64,000 nt of DNA from Chloroflexota bacterium (GTDB lineage: Bacteria; Chloroflexota; Anaerolineae; Anaerolineales; UBA11579), in the NCBI GenBank assembly GCA_018662365.1, contig JABJGH010000030.1, forward strand, positions 2,270-66,269, given 5' to 3'. The notes beneath the pieces are model-generated. The model did no database searches. It saw only the letters and a program-made list of their open reading frames with translations, and was not told the DNA's origin. Made by a program: the position numbers and the translations under genes. Shown one piece after another: positions 1 through 9,295 of the stretch (position 1 is the stretch's first letter; each line of letters opens with the position of its first letter).

Positions 1-738
1 CAGGTGTTACTGCCCGCCATTGAAGATATCCCTCTCCTTGACGTCAGTTATTTAACCGGTGAAGCCTTCCATTTGGTGGAAGTAATCACAGTAAATATCC
101 TTTGGCTATTAGTCATTTTAGTCGCTACCTACTTCTTGCTTCTTGATTGGACAAAGATTAAAAGATTTTTTACTAAATTGACCCCAGAAGAATATCAATC
201 TGATGCTCAGAGATTATATCGAGAGGTGGTTACTATTTGGAATAGTTATCTTCGGGGCAACCTGATTTTGATGTTTTTCACGGCGATAATTTTTATGGTT
301 GCCTGGTCGATCATAGGATTACCTGCCGGCATATTGCTGGGCTTAATGATGGGTTTATTGAAAATTATCCCTGATGTGGGGCCAATGTTTGCAGCGGGGG
401 CTTCAGTCTTAGTTGCATTTATAGAAGGGTCAACAGTTTTAGATATTCCAAATATGTGGTTCGCTGTGCTAGTTTTTGTTGTATATTTTGTTTTGATTAA
501 TATTATTACGATTTGGTTGCGGTCGGTTCTCTTTGGAAGAAGTGTGCATATGCACTCGGGTTTAGTTTTTATATTGATCATGCTCGCCGTTATTATCCAA
601 GGGATATTGGGAGCTGTGATCGTAATTCCGTTTGTTGCTTCTTCCTTTATTATTCTGCAATATGTTTTACGAAAGATTTACAAACAACCTGGTTTTCCTG
701 AGGAAATGGATGTGGTTGAAGAACTATTGAGTGATTAG
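1..738 (+). CDS. AI-2E family (PerM-like) transporter, 5'-truncated by window edge
   Basis: Hydrophobic multi-TM ORF with YLRG-N-L, IP-x-VGP and G-x-LG-A-VI-x-IP motifs typical of AI-2E/PerM permeases; frame open from the window start. Confidence 0.8.
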   Translation, partial: QVLLPAIEDIPLLDVSYLTGEAFHLVEVITVNILWLLVILVATYFLLLDWTKIKRFFTKLTPEEYQSDAQRLYREVVTIWNSYLRGNLILMFFTAIIFMVAWSIIGLPAGILLGLMMGLLKIIPDVGPMFAAGASVLVAFIEGSTVLDIPNMWFAVLVFVVYFVLINIITIWLRSVLFGRSVHMHSGLVFILIMLAVIIQGILGAVIVIPFVASSFIILQYVLRKIYKQPGFPEEMDVVEELLSD

Positions 739-768
739 GAAATAAGAATTATTTGTCTGTAATTTTAG

Positions 769-801
769 TCCCCTGATGAATCATTATCGGGGGATTTTTT
801 T
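769..801 (+). terminator. Intrinsic terminator
   Basis: TCCCCTGAT...ATCGGGGGA stem followed by a T run after the AI-2E gene. Confidence 0.7.
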
Positions 802-877
802 GTACTTATCGAGTAAATTTTATTTTAAACGAACCTAGGCACCAATTTAAACAAATTTAATAGTAAACTCTTTAATA

Positions 878-1366
878 ATGTTCTATTTTATAAATCAAAA
901 CTCTTATATATTAATTGCTGCATTTCTTTGGGCGGGCGTATCAGCCATGGCTCTCAAAAAGATGCCATCCCCCGCAAATTATTTCCTTATTATTGGGCTG
1001 GCGATTCTTTTAATTATCTTATTCAATTTCGTGCGACCCAAGCAGGCAAATCTCTCTAACGAAATGCCAATTGAAAATCAGATCGGATTGGGTCAGGTAG
1101 TTTTACTCGAAATGCAATCCCCCTATTGACTTGGATGTATCGCAATAGAGCCTGTCGTGAACAGGTTAGAAACTGAACTAGGAAATGAGATGTTGATCTT
1201 ACGGGTGGACATTCAAAGTGCCAATGGAAAAGAAATCTCCAAACTATATGCAAGCCGAATCACTCCTACTTTTATTTTGTTTGATCCCCAGGGAGAGGAA
1301 ATTTGGCGAAGCATTGGCAACTTAGATCCCGAAAAGGTTCGGGACTCTCTGAAAGACTATAATTAA
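878..1366 (+). CDS. Membrane-anchored thioredoxin-like selenoprotein (UxxC), 162 aa, UGA at 1127-1129 read as Sec
   Basis: ORFs 878-1129 and 1157-1366 share a frame and are separated only by TGA; read-through gives LLEMQSPY-U-LGC-IAIEPVVNRLE...TPTFILFD (thioredoxin fold, cis-Pro TP); two N-terminal hydrophobic helices. Confidence 0.88.
1149..1167 (+). promoter_or_regulatory. Candidate bacterial SECIS hairpin
   Basis: AGCCTGT-CGTGA-ACAGGTT stem-loop; loop starts 26 nt after the UGA and contains GU. Confidence 0.6.
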
Positions 1367-1385
1367 TATTCTTTAATAGGTCATT

Positions 1386-2279
1386 ATGAAAAAACAACTG
1401 AAGCAGATTTTCCTTTTTGTTTTTCTCCTGCTTGCTTTGATCATCACCATTTTAACAATCATCGCAAAACCAGCGGCGGATCATGTCTTCTTTTCCCAGT
1501 TTGACGATGATCAATATCCTTTGGTGATCGCACATGCGGGCTCTAAACTATACCCAACAGATACGCTATATGCACTAGAACAATATGCAAATATGGGCGT
1601 GGATATTTTGGAAATGGACATTCATCTCACCAAAGATGAGCATATCATTTTGATCCATGATGATACTGTAGATCGTACGACAAATGGCGAAGGTGATGTT
1701 CGGGAGATGACCCTTGCTGAGGTAAAAGAACTGGATGCTGGATATAAGTGGACAGATGATGAAGGGAGTACCTTTCCCTTCCGGGGTCAAGGGATCACGA
1801 TACCCACATTAGAAGAGGTTTTCAACACTTTCCCGGGCTATCCAATGATTGTGGAGATCAAACAAGAAAGCCCCTCTATGGGAATTGTATTATGCGAGTT
1901 ATTGCGCAAACATAATATGCAAGAAAAAGTGATGGTACCTTCATTTAGCGATGTTGCCATGACGGAGTTTCGGGAAGCGTGCCCGGAAACGTCGACTGCC
2001 GCGAGCACAAATGAAGTAAAAGATTTTGTTTATCGAAATTTTGCTTTTCTTGCAGGAACGATCAGTCCAAAATATCAGGCTTTACAGGTTCCCGAATCAC
2101 GGGATGGCATCCCAATTGTTACAAAAATACTTTTATGGGCTGCCCGGTTACAAAATGTAGAAGTACATATTTGGACGATCAATGACCCCGAAGATATGCA
2201 AAGATTTATTGATATGGGCGTTGATGGAATAATGACAGATAGGACTGACTTATTATTAGAAGTGCTGGGAAGAAACTAG
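1386..2279 (+). CDS. Glycerophosphodiester phosphodiesterase (GDPD family), N-terminal anchor
   Basis: IAHAG, LEMD, HD-x-x-VDRTTNG, EIK, WTIND and GIMTD motifs. Confidence 0.9.
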   Translation: MKKQLKQIFLFVFLLLALIITILTIIAKPAADHVFFSQFDDDQYPLVIAHAGSKLYPTDTLYALEQYANMGVDILEMDIHLTKDEHIILIHDDTVDRTTNGEGDVREMTLAEVKELDAGYKWTDDEGSTFPFRGQGITIPTLEEVFNTFPGYPMIVEIKQESPSMGIVLCELLRKHNMQEKVMVPSFSDVAMTEFREACPETSTAASTNEVKDFVYRNFAFLAGTISPKYQALQVPESRDGIPIVTKILLWAARLQNVEVHIWTINDPEDMQRFIDMGVDGIMTDRTDLLLEVLGRN

Positions 2280-2286
2280 CATATTT

Positions 2287-3162
2287 TTACTCTGGTGATT
2301 TTAATAGGACTCCGTTTTGAGAAGGGTCCTTTATCAAATAACCATCATCTCTTTTCTTTGTAACGAGGTTCGCTTTCTCTGCACGACTTAATACTATTTC
2401 TAAATCAGAAAAATTTGGTAATTCAACAGTAAAATGATCCAAGCCAACTGAATTGAGAGGTGGGGGAGTTGCACCTACACCGTTCCAAGTATTGATACCC
2501 AAATGATGATGATAGCCCCCAGAAGACATAAATGCAGCAGTCCTTCCCCATTCCATCATTAGATCCAGGCCAATAATATCTTTATAAAAATTGATACCAT
2601 TTGCTATTTGACTAATATGCAGATGCATATGCCCCAGAACGGTTCCCCCTGCCATTTTCTCCCAAGGGTCTCCCTTATCAAGTTCAGCCATGACACCATC
2701 CACATCTAGGGGAAGGTTAGCCATGCGGATATCTCCATTGGGTTCATACTGCCACTGCTCTTTGGGTTTATCGCGATAAACCTCGATGCCATTGCCATCG
2801 GGATCTGGTAAATAGATCGCTTCACTGACAATATGGTCTACCATTCCTTGAACCTGAGTTTGGGTATTGACCAGGTTTTGTAAAAATTGCCCCAGAGCCA
2901 AACGGGTGGGCACGAGCACTGCGAAATGATATAGACCCGAATTTCTATGGGGTAAGGTGGCATCTCGGATTTCAGTTAGAACCAGGAAATCTTTTTGGCC
3001 GGAGCCGAGATAGGCAGCTTTTCCCGCCTGCCGATGGACTTGTAAACCTAATGATCGTTGATAGAAGTTTAAGGAAGTTGATAGATTTGAAACTTTTAAA
3101 TGGACTAAACCCAAACGTGTGTTTTGGGGCAGGGGGTTTGGGATGGGGCTCGCAGTTTTCAT
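2287..3162 (-). CDS. VOC family protein, catechol-2,3-dioxygenase (CatE)-like
   Basis: GLYHFA, DH-x-VSEAIYL-x-DPDGNGIEVY, GHMHL and GGYHHHLG motifs. Confidence 0.85.
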   Translation of the reverse strand: MKTASPIPNPLPQNTRLGLVHLKVSNLSTSLNFYQRSLGLQVHRQAGKAAYLGSGQKDFLVLTEIRDATLPHRNSGLYHFAVLVPTRLALGQFLQNLVNTQTQVQGMVDHIVSEAIYLPDPDGNGIEVYRDKPKEQWQYEPNGDIRMANLPLDVDGVMAELDKGDPWEKMAGGTVLGHMHLHISQIANGINFYKDIIGLDLMMEWGRTAAFMSSGGYHHHLGINTWNGVGATPPPLNSVGLDHFTVELPNFSDLEIVLSRAEKANLVTKKRDDGYLIKDPSQNGVLLKSPE

Positions 3163-3343
3163 GCTATTTAGATGGAAATGAGAATTGTAATCTTACAAAA
3201 AAACGGCTCGCAAACACGCCAGGAGATTAATCGTATAAATTCTTTTGATCTGAATACAGCTGATATCCCAACTCGCGGCCTTATTTGAGAGGGATTTTTG
3301 ATCAGAATATTTTCAAATGAGGCAAGGTTTATTGGATTTTAAG

Positions 3344-3787
3344 CTATAAATCGCGTTCCATAATGATTGTCACAGGGCCATCATTATGAATCTCGACCAT
3401 CATATTTGCGCCAAATTTCCCGGTTTGGGTTTGGACACCTTGATATCTGAGCATTTCGGCGAACCTTTTTACTAAAGGTTCAGCAAGTTCTGGGGGGGCT
3501 GCATTAATAAAGGAAGGGCGACGGCCCTTGCGAGTATCGGCGTATAAGGTAAATTGAGATACCACGATTGCTTCCCCACCCACATCTAACAAAGAGAGAT
3601 TTGTTTTGCCTTGATCATCGGCAAATATTCGGAGGTTAGCGATCTTCTCGGCCAAATATTTTGCTTGGGGTTCTCCATCTTCGGGGCCAATGCCCACTAG
3701 AATCACAACACCGTGCCTGATCTCGGCCACGGTGCTTTCTTCTACAATTACTTTTCCATGCTGCACACGTTGAACAACAACTCGCAT
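3344..3787 (-). CDS. dtd: D-aminoacyl-tRNA deacylase
   Basis: [20 protein letters not shown] and NDGPVT signatures. Confidence 0.97.
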   Translation of the reverse strand: MRVVVQRVQHGKVIVEESTVAEIRHGVVILVGIGPEDGEPQAKYLAEKIANLRIFADDQGKTNLSLLDVGGEAIVVSQFTLYADTRKGRRPSFINAAPPELAEPLVKRFAEMLRYQGVQTQTGKFGANMMVEIHNDGPVTIIMERDL

Positions 3788-4846
3788 TTAAGAATTCCCT
3801 TTTTCCATTTTCTTGTTGTATTTTTCAGCTTTGCGACGAATGCGGTTCATTACACCTGTCAGCCCCATTGCCTTTTTCATCGCAAACAATGTCTGTTTCG
3901 TTTCCTCTCGGGCTTTGAGCGTCCCTTGGACTAAAATATCCTCCACCCGCCCGGTAACATCATAAATCTCCCGACGTTCTCTCATTGGATCAAGCAAATT
4001 ATTAATTGCGAGCGATAATTTATCTTTAACTTCCACATCCCCTACTTTTCCAGCACGATAACGAGTTTTCAGATCTTCGACTTCTTCTTTATTCGGATTG
4101 AAAGCATCATGGTAATCAAAAACCGGGTTGCCTTCCACAGTTCCGGGTACATCTGCACTCACTCGGTTAGGATCTGTATACATCCCCTTGACCTTCTTCA
4201 CAACCTCATCATTTGTGTCACTAAGATAAATGGCATTATTAAGGCTTTTGCTCATCTTGGCATTGTTATCTGTACCAACAAGAGTGGGCACTTCACCAAC
4301 CATGCCATCTGGCACTGGCAATGTTTCACCGTATAGGTGATTAAACCGGCGAGCGATTTCTCTAGTAACTTCAACGTGGGCAATATTATCTTTGCCGACA
4401 GGCACCAGATCTCCTCTCACACAGAGAATATCAGCGGCTTGAAGTACTGGATAGCCCAATAAGGCCAATGGCATTTCGATATTGGCATCTCTGGCCATAT
4501 CTTTCAAACTTGGTACTCGCTCTAAACGGGCAACACTGACCAAACTTTGAAAGAGGGTGTACATTTCGTTGATCTCTGGGATACCCGATTGCAAATAAAA
4601 GGTGACGATCTCAGGGTCGATTCCCGCTGCCAATTGATCTAGGACCATATCATGGGCGTTCTTGTCTACGAGGGCGATATGTTCAGGCTGGTTCTTGGTG
4701 GTAAGCATATGCAAATCAGCCACCAACAAAAAGGTTTCATATTGATGCTGGAGCCGGACGCGATTGTTGAGAGAGCCAACTAAATGGCCAAGGTGCAATT
4801 TCCCCGTGGGTCGATCCCCTGTGAGCAATCTTTTCTTCTCTGTCAT
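3788..4846 (-). CDS. trpS: Tryptophan--tRNA ligase
   Basis: [13 protein letters not shown] (HIGH), [16 protein letters not shown] and KMSKS motifs. Confidence 0.96.
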   Translation of the reverse strand: MTEKKRLLTGDRPTGKLHLGHLVGSLNNRVRLQHQYETFLLVADLHMLTTKNQPEHIALVDKNAHDMVLDQLAAGIDPEIVTFYLQSGIPEINEMYTLFQSLVSVARLERVPSLKDMARDANIEMPLALLGYPVLQAADILCVRGDLVPVGKDNIAHVEVTREIARRFNHLYGETLPVPDGMVGEVPTLVGTDNNAKMSKSLNNAIYLSDTNDEVVKKVKGMYTDPNRVSADVPGTVEGNPVFDYHDAFNPNKEEVEDLKTRYRAGKVGDVEVKDKLSLAINNLLDPMRERREIYDVTGRVEDILVQGTLKAREETKQTLFAMKKAMGLTGVMNRIRRKAEKYNKKMEKGNS

Positions 4847-5100
4847 TTGACCTCTGAAATATATTTGCGTAGTGCTGCAGTCACTTCACCTTCTTCAGCA
4901 TGGCGACTTAGTTGCTTCTTTGAAAAGATTAAGTCTCCGTTCACACTAAACTCAAATCTACCTCCATCTGAAGGAACTAAGTTAAAACTTTCGATTTTTA
5001 TTTCTATGTCTTTATCAGCAAGAATCTCTTTCATCGTGCCAACGGCACGGTCGGTATAGTTTCAAGCTGCACAGTAAACTAGTTCGATGTTATATAGCAT
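4843..5100 (-). CDS. Rdx (SelT/SelW/SelH) family selenoprotein, CxxU, 85 aa, UGA at 5064-5062 read as Sec
   Basis: ATG at 5100 with upstream GGAG; reads [27 protein letters not shown]...[17 protein letters not shown] (Rdx signature GxFEx-V-G-LIFSK); the ORF track only caught the part after the UGA. Confidence 0.92.
5035..5049 (-). promoter_or_regulatory. Candidate bacterial SECIS hairpin
   Basis: Minus-strand CGTGCC-GTT-GGCACG perfect 6-bp stem starting 12 nt after the UGA; loop begins with GU. Confidence 0.65.
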
Positions 5101-5282
5101 TTCTCCATCTCCGGTATGGATTTTGTGCGTATATTATAGAGGAGTTCTAGGGACAATGCTAGGGAAGAAACAAATTTTTCGATTTAATGCAAACGCAAAC
5201 CTTAAAACATCGGATTATTTCATCAATGGTCCAACATAAAAACAAGGCCTGAGCCTACCTTTTCATCATTTCGCTTATAATC

Positions 5283-6041
5283 ATGTTCATGCCAACCCCT
5301 TTTTATCATCTCAGTTTGGCGCAAGAAATTTTGGTCCACCCTGAACTGCCATCCAGTGTTCGCCAATGGTTATTAGATAATCGCTGTGATTTTTTCCTTG
5401 GAAAAACTGCTCCTGACGTACAAACCATCTCCGGGCAGGACAGAGCCAGTACGCACTTCTTTAAATTGCCTTTGGGAGATCAACCTCCTGCTTGGGAAAC
5501 ATTTTTAAGAAAACATCCGGATTTATCTAATCCAATACAACTCTCTCCAGGACATGCGGCCTTTATCGCTGGGTATCTTTGCCATTTGCAAGCTGACGTC
5601 TATTGGATAAAAAAAATCTTTTGGCCAAATATTGCCGAACCCAAACCAAAATGGGAAAACCTCAAAGAAAGACTTTATCTTCATAATGTATTAAGAGCAT
5701 ATTTGGATGAACAGATTCTGAAAAATCTACAAGAAGATATGGATAGTTGTCTGGATCAAGTCCAATTCATTAATTGGCTGCCATTCGTAGAGGATAAATA
5801 CCTGATTGAATGGAGAAATTTATTATCCAAACAATTACAACCCAATGGAAAAAGTCAAACTGCGGAAGTGTTTGCAAAAAGAATGGGTGTAACAAAAGAT
5901 GGTATTGAAAGGATTATTCAATCAGAAGATCAAATGGAAGATAATATTTTTCGACATATTAATCGACAAGAATTGGTAAAATATCGAGAGTTGGTTATTT
6001 TTGAAAATATTCAATTTTTAAGCAATTACTTTAAGGATTAG
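5283..6041 (+). CDS. Zinc-dependent phospholipase C-like family protein
   Basis: N-terminal MP-x-P-x-x-H, LG-x-x-APD, TH, GYLCHL-x-AD and late H...D metal-ligand pattern. Confidence 0.7.
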   Translation: MFMPTPFYHLSLAQEILVHPELPSSVRQWLLDNRCDFFLGKTAPDVQTISGQDRASTHFFKLPLGDQPPAWETFLRKHPDLSNPIQLSPGHAAFIAGYLCHLQADVYWIKKIFWPNIAEPKPKWENLKERLYLHNVLRAYLDEQILKNLQEDMDSCLDQVQFINWLPFVEDKYLIEWRNLLSKQLQPNGKSQTAEVFAKRMGVTKDGIERIIQSEDQMEDNIFRHINRQELVKYRELVIFENIQFLSNYFKD

Positions 6042-6061
6042 TTTTTGGGTACATAAATAAA

Positions 6062-6793
6062 ATGAAACCATATTTATCAATTATCATCCCAGCATTTAAT
6101 GAAGAGACAAGGTTGAAATCGTCATTGATTAAAATTGCAAACTATTTAAATAAGCAATCTTACACCTATGAAGTTTTAATCATCGAAAATGGCAGTAATG
6201 ACCGTACCTTAGAGATCGCCCAAGATTTTTCTTATCAAAACCCACAGTTCATTGCAATCCATGAAGATCAAAATGGAAAAGGTCGTGCAGTTCGCCGTGG
6301 CATGTTGGAGGCAAAAGGAAACTATCGGTTTATGTGTGATGCCGATCTCTCCATGCCAATCGAGGAACTCTCTCGCTTTTTGCCCCCAGAAATAGATAAC
6401 CCATCGATTGTGATCGCCTCGAGGGAGGTTAAGGACGCTATCCGATATGATGAACCAGATTTTCGTCATTTGGGAGGACGATTAATCAATCTAATTATCC
6501 GGATTTTTGCTATCCCAGGCATTCAAGATACTCAATGTGGTTTCAAACTATTCGAAGAAGAGCTTGCAAAAGACCTTTTCGAGAAGCAGCGCATTATGGG
6601 TTGGGCAATGGATGTGGAATTACTTTATATTGCAAACAAGTTGGGGTATGAAATAATTGAACTTCCTATCCCCTGGTATTTTTCCCCCGACAGCAAGGTG
6701 AGTCCTGTCAAAGATAGCATACAGATGTTTATTGATATTCTAAAAATTCGGCGAAATTACCGAAAAGGTCTCTATGGCCAGAAAAAGATTTGA
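6062..6793 (+). CDS. GT2 glycosyltransferase, dolichyl-phosphate beta-glucosyltransferase-like
   Basis: SIIIPAFNEE, GKG-x-AV, DAD and DTQCGFKLF motifs. Confidence 0.9.
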   Translation: MKPYLSIIIPAFNEETRLKSSLIKIANYLNKQSYTYEVLIIENGSNDRTLEIAQDFSYQNPQFIAIHEDQNGKGRAVRRGMLEAKGNYRFMCDADLSMPIEELSRFLPPEIDNPSIVIASREVKDAIRYDEPDFRHLGGRLINLIIRIFAIPGIQDTQCGFKLFEEELAKDLFEKQRIMGWAMDVELLYIANKLGYEIIELPIPWYFSPDSKVSPVKDSIQMFIDILKIRRNYRKGLYGQKKI

Positions 6794-7436
6794 CCGATCC
6801 CTTATTCCAAAATCCCCAAACCTAAAATTTGAAAAGCAACTCTGGAAATCTGGATTGTCATTGGTCGCGGGGATAGATGAGGCAGGGCGAGGATGTTTAG
6901 CCGGACCGGTAGTGGCTGGGGCAGTGATTCTCGACCCCTCTGCAAAAAATCTTAAGTCTTTCAATGGGGTTCGAGATTCAAAAGAAATGAATGTTAAGAG
7001 CCGTCAACATTTTTTTGCCGAAATAAAGAATTTATCATTCGCGTGGGGGATTGGGTTTGCATCTGCTAAGGAAATTGATAAAAGAGGGATTGTGCCTGCC
7101 ACACAATTAGCAATGAAACGGGCCCTTAATAAACTTAATGAAACTCCCCAACACCTTTTGATTGACTATATATCACTACCAAAGGTTGACCTGCCCTCAA
7201 CCTCCCTTGTTAAGGGTGATGCGCGGTCATTGAGCATTGCCTGTGCTTCAATATTGGCCAAGGTTGAAAGGGATGGTCGTATGGTAAAAATGAATAAACA
7301 ATATCCTGAATACCAATTTGATAGAAATAAAGGATATGGTACGGCTGCTCATAGGAAGGTATTAGAAGATCTTGGCCCCACTCCGATCCACCGTCATAGT
7401 TTTGCCCCCCTCAGATTAACAGAAGAACATGCCTAA
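6774..7436 (+). CDS. rnhB: Ribonuclease HII
   Basis: GIDEAGRG, DSK, KGD...SIACASILAKV-x-RD and NKGYGT motifs; overlaps the GT2 gene by 20 nt. Confidence 0.96.
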   Translation: MARKRFDRSLIPKSPNLKFEKQLWKSGLSLVAGIDEAGRGCLAGPVVAGAVILDPSAKNLKSFNGVRDSKEMNVKSRQHFFAEIKNLSFAWGIGFASAKEIDKRGIVPATQLAMKRALNKLNETPQHLLIDYISLPKVDLPSTSLVKGDARSLSIACASILAKVERDGRMVKMNKQYPEYQFDRNKGYGTAAHRKVLEDLGPTPIHRHSFAPLRLTEEHA

Positions 7437-7496
7437 CTCTTTTAGCGATATTTAGTTATTAGACCCAAACAAATATAACGACTGAGCATACAGAAG

Positions 7497-8651
7497 TTAT
7501 ACCTTCACTTTTTGTAAGGAAGCCGTTAATAATGCGGCTATCAGGGCAATTCCAGCTGTAAAAGCAAACATGGTGGGAAAACCCCATAGATCTGCAAAAT
7601 AACCGCTCAGCAAGGCTCCTAATGCCCCACTGGCAAACATAAATCCAAGTATCAATCCAGAAGCGAAGGCCATGCCACTTGGGATGATCTTTTGGGCTAA
7701 AACAATGATGATGCTGTGCGTAGAACCCGTTAATACTCCAGTCAATGGAATCAACAAATAAAGCCAGTTGGACCACCCAATTGCTGCAATTATTGAAATT
7801 GGGAGTACTGCTAAGCCCAATGCAATTCCAGCCACCTTTCGTTTTCCAAATCGGTCAGCTGCCATTCCACCCAATACATTGCCAATGGCTGACCCCCCCA
7901 TGAACAGCGAGGTTAAGAAGCCATATTGTGCCGGGGTTTTTCCCATATCACTAAAATATTTGGGTAAATATGTAACCATATTCGCTTGGGTCCAAGCTTG
8001 AAAAGCAGCCAATAAAGCAAACATGACCAATACGCCGGAAAGTTGTTTTACCACTTTGGCTTTTTTTTCTTCTTTTAATTCTCCAGCTGATTTATCGTCT
8101 GTATTTGTTGGTTTAAGTACCTTTCCGCTAAGTAAAGCGATGGGCAAGATAAAAACCACAAGGTACAACAAACCTTGTGCACCTTGCTTATTCAAGAGCA
8201 GTCCTGCCGCCAATGGCCCAATAAAATGCCCGATTTGACCGAATAAGAAGAAGATTGAAGCCGAGAGAGTTTCACGCCCTTTGAAAAGTTTTTTTCCGAT
8301 CAAGGTGGCTTGCATTGTCCCTGCGGGATGAAATGCACCAGATCCAATACTCGCAATGATCAAAAATATTAAACCCGCAAAACCTGGTGTCATTAATCCA
8401 ATAGAGAAAAACACACCCATCCATAATAATCCCCCCACTATGGAAATTCGAGAGCCATATTTATCGGTGAGAAAACCAAAAAACGGCTGCATTAATGAAG
8501 TCGTAAAAATATATGCGGTGTTAAACAAGCCCAATTCAGTGTTGCTCAATTGCAATGGGACACTTAAGTAAGTAAACAGGACCGACCTGGTGCCATTCAG
8601 AATATCCACGCTAAAATGCCCTAAGAGTGATGCAACAAAAACTAATATCAT
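7497..8651 (-). CDS. MFS transporter, Fsr-like
   Basis: Multi-TM; H-x-x-VD, QP-x-FG-x-L-x-DKYG, G-x-G-x-FHP and ADRFGKR motifs. Confidence 0.85.
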   Translation of the reverse strand: MILVFVASLLGHFSVDILNGTRSVLFTYLSVPLQLSNTELGLFNTAYIFTTSLMQPFFGFLTDKYGSRISIVGGLLWMGVFFSIGLMTPGFAGLIFLIIASIGSGAFHPAGTMQATLIGKKLFKGRETLSASIFFLFGQIGHFIGPLAAGLLLNKQGAQGLLYLVVFILPIALLSGKVLKPTNTDDKSAGELKEEKKAKVVKQLSGVLVMFALLAAFQAWTQANMVTYLPKYFSDMGKTPAQYGFLTSLFMGGSAIGNVLGGMAADRFGKRKVAGIALGLAVLPISIIAAIGWSNWLYLLIPLTGVLTGSTHSIIIVLAQKIIPSGMAFASGLILGFMFASGALGALLSGYFADLWGFPTMFAFTAGIALIAALLTASLQKVKV

Positions 8652-8686
8652 ATGCTTACCTAAAAGATTTCTATCTCAATAATCGC

Positions 8687-9292
8687 TTATTGAGGTTTAT
8701 ATAACTCCCACTCTTGAATAACTTTCAATACTGGTTCCGGTAAATAATAACGATAGGGTCTTCCCTCTAAAGCTCTTTTTCTAATTTGTCTGGAAGAGAT
8801 TTCTAGTAATGGGGCGTCCATAAATTGAACCTTATCGATCAATCCAGGAATATTTTTTCCAATTTCATCTATGTCCACCTCATCCTTCGGTCGCCTCATT
8901 ACCCCAATGTAATCACATTCCACAACAAATTCCTTTGGGTGATACCAATCAATAGGAAGGTCTTTAAGTGAGTCTCCCCCCATTAGATATACCAGTTTAT
9001 CTTGAGGATAATCAGATCTCAATAATCGAACTGTATCCACAGCGTAATGTGGGCTAGGGCGATCGATCTCCACCCTGGAAAGTGAAAATAAAGGGTCATC
9101 CTTAATCATCGCTTGAACCATGGCTAGCCGAGCTTCCATATTTGTAATCGGTTGCTCTTTTTTATGAGGGGGATCGGGGGTGAGTACAAATAAAACTTTG
9201 TCTAAAGATAATTGGTGCCCAGCTTCTGCGGCTAAAATTAAATGGCCTAGATGGGGAGGGTCAAATGTGCCGCCAAATATACCAATTCGCAT
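8687..9292 (-). CDS. nadD: Nicotinate-nucleotide adenylyltransferase
   Basis: GGTFDPPHLGH, PPHK, MGGDS and ISS-x-x-IR motifs. Confidence 0.95.
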   Translation of the reverse strand: MRIGIFGGTFDPPHLGHLILAAEAGHQLSLDKVLFVLTPDPPHKKEQPITNMEARLAMVQAMIKDDPLFSLSRVEIDRPSPHYAVDTVRLLRSDYPQDKLVYLMGGDSLKDLPIDWYHPKEFVVECDYIGVMRRPKDEVDIDEIGKNIPGLIDKVQFMDAPLLEISSRQIRKRALEGRPYRYYLPEPVLKVIQEWELYKPQ

Positions 9293-9295
9293 GAT

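Noticed and set aside
3185-3198. Palindrome TTGTAA-TC-TTACAA upstream of the VOC gene
   Set aside because: Short and AT-rich, wrong spacing for Rex, no cognate regulator nearby
878-5100. Alternative genetic code (UGA = Trp/Gly) as the cause of the in-frame UGAs
   Set aside because: TGA ends several intact genes here (17221, 20969, 24829, 52396), no other conserved gene is split, and both internal UGAs sit at redox-Cys positions
5101-5282. T-box riboswitch upstream of trpS
   Set aside because: No T-box consensus or terminator/antiterminator visible; trpS is directly preceded by the Rdx gene
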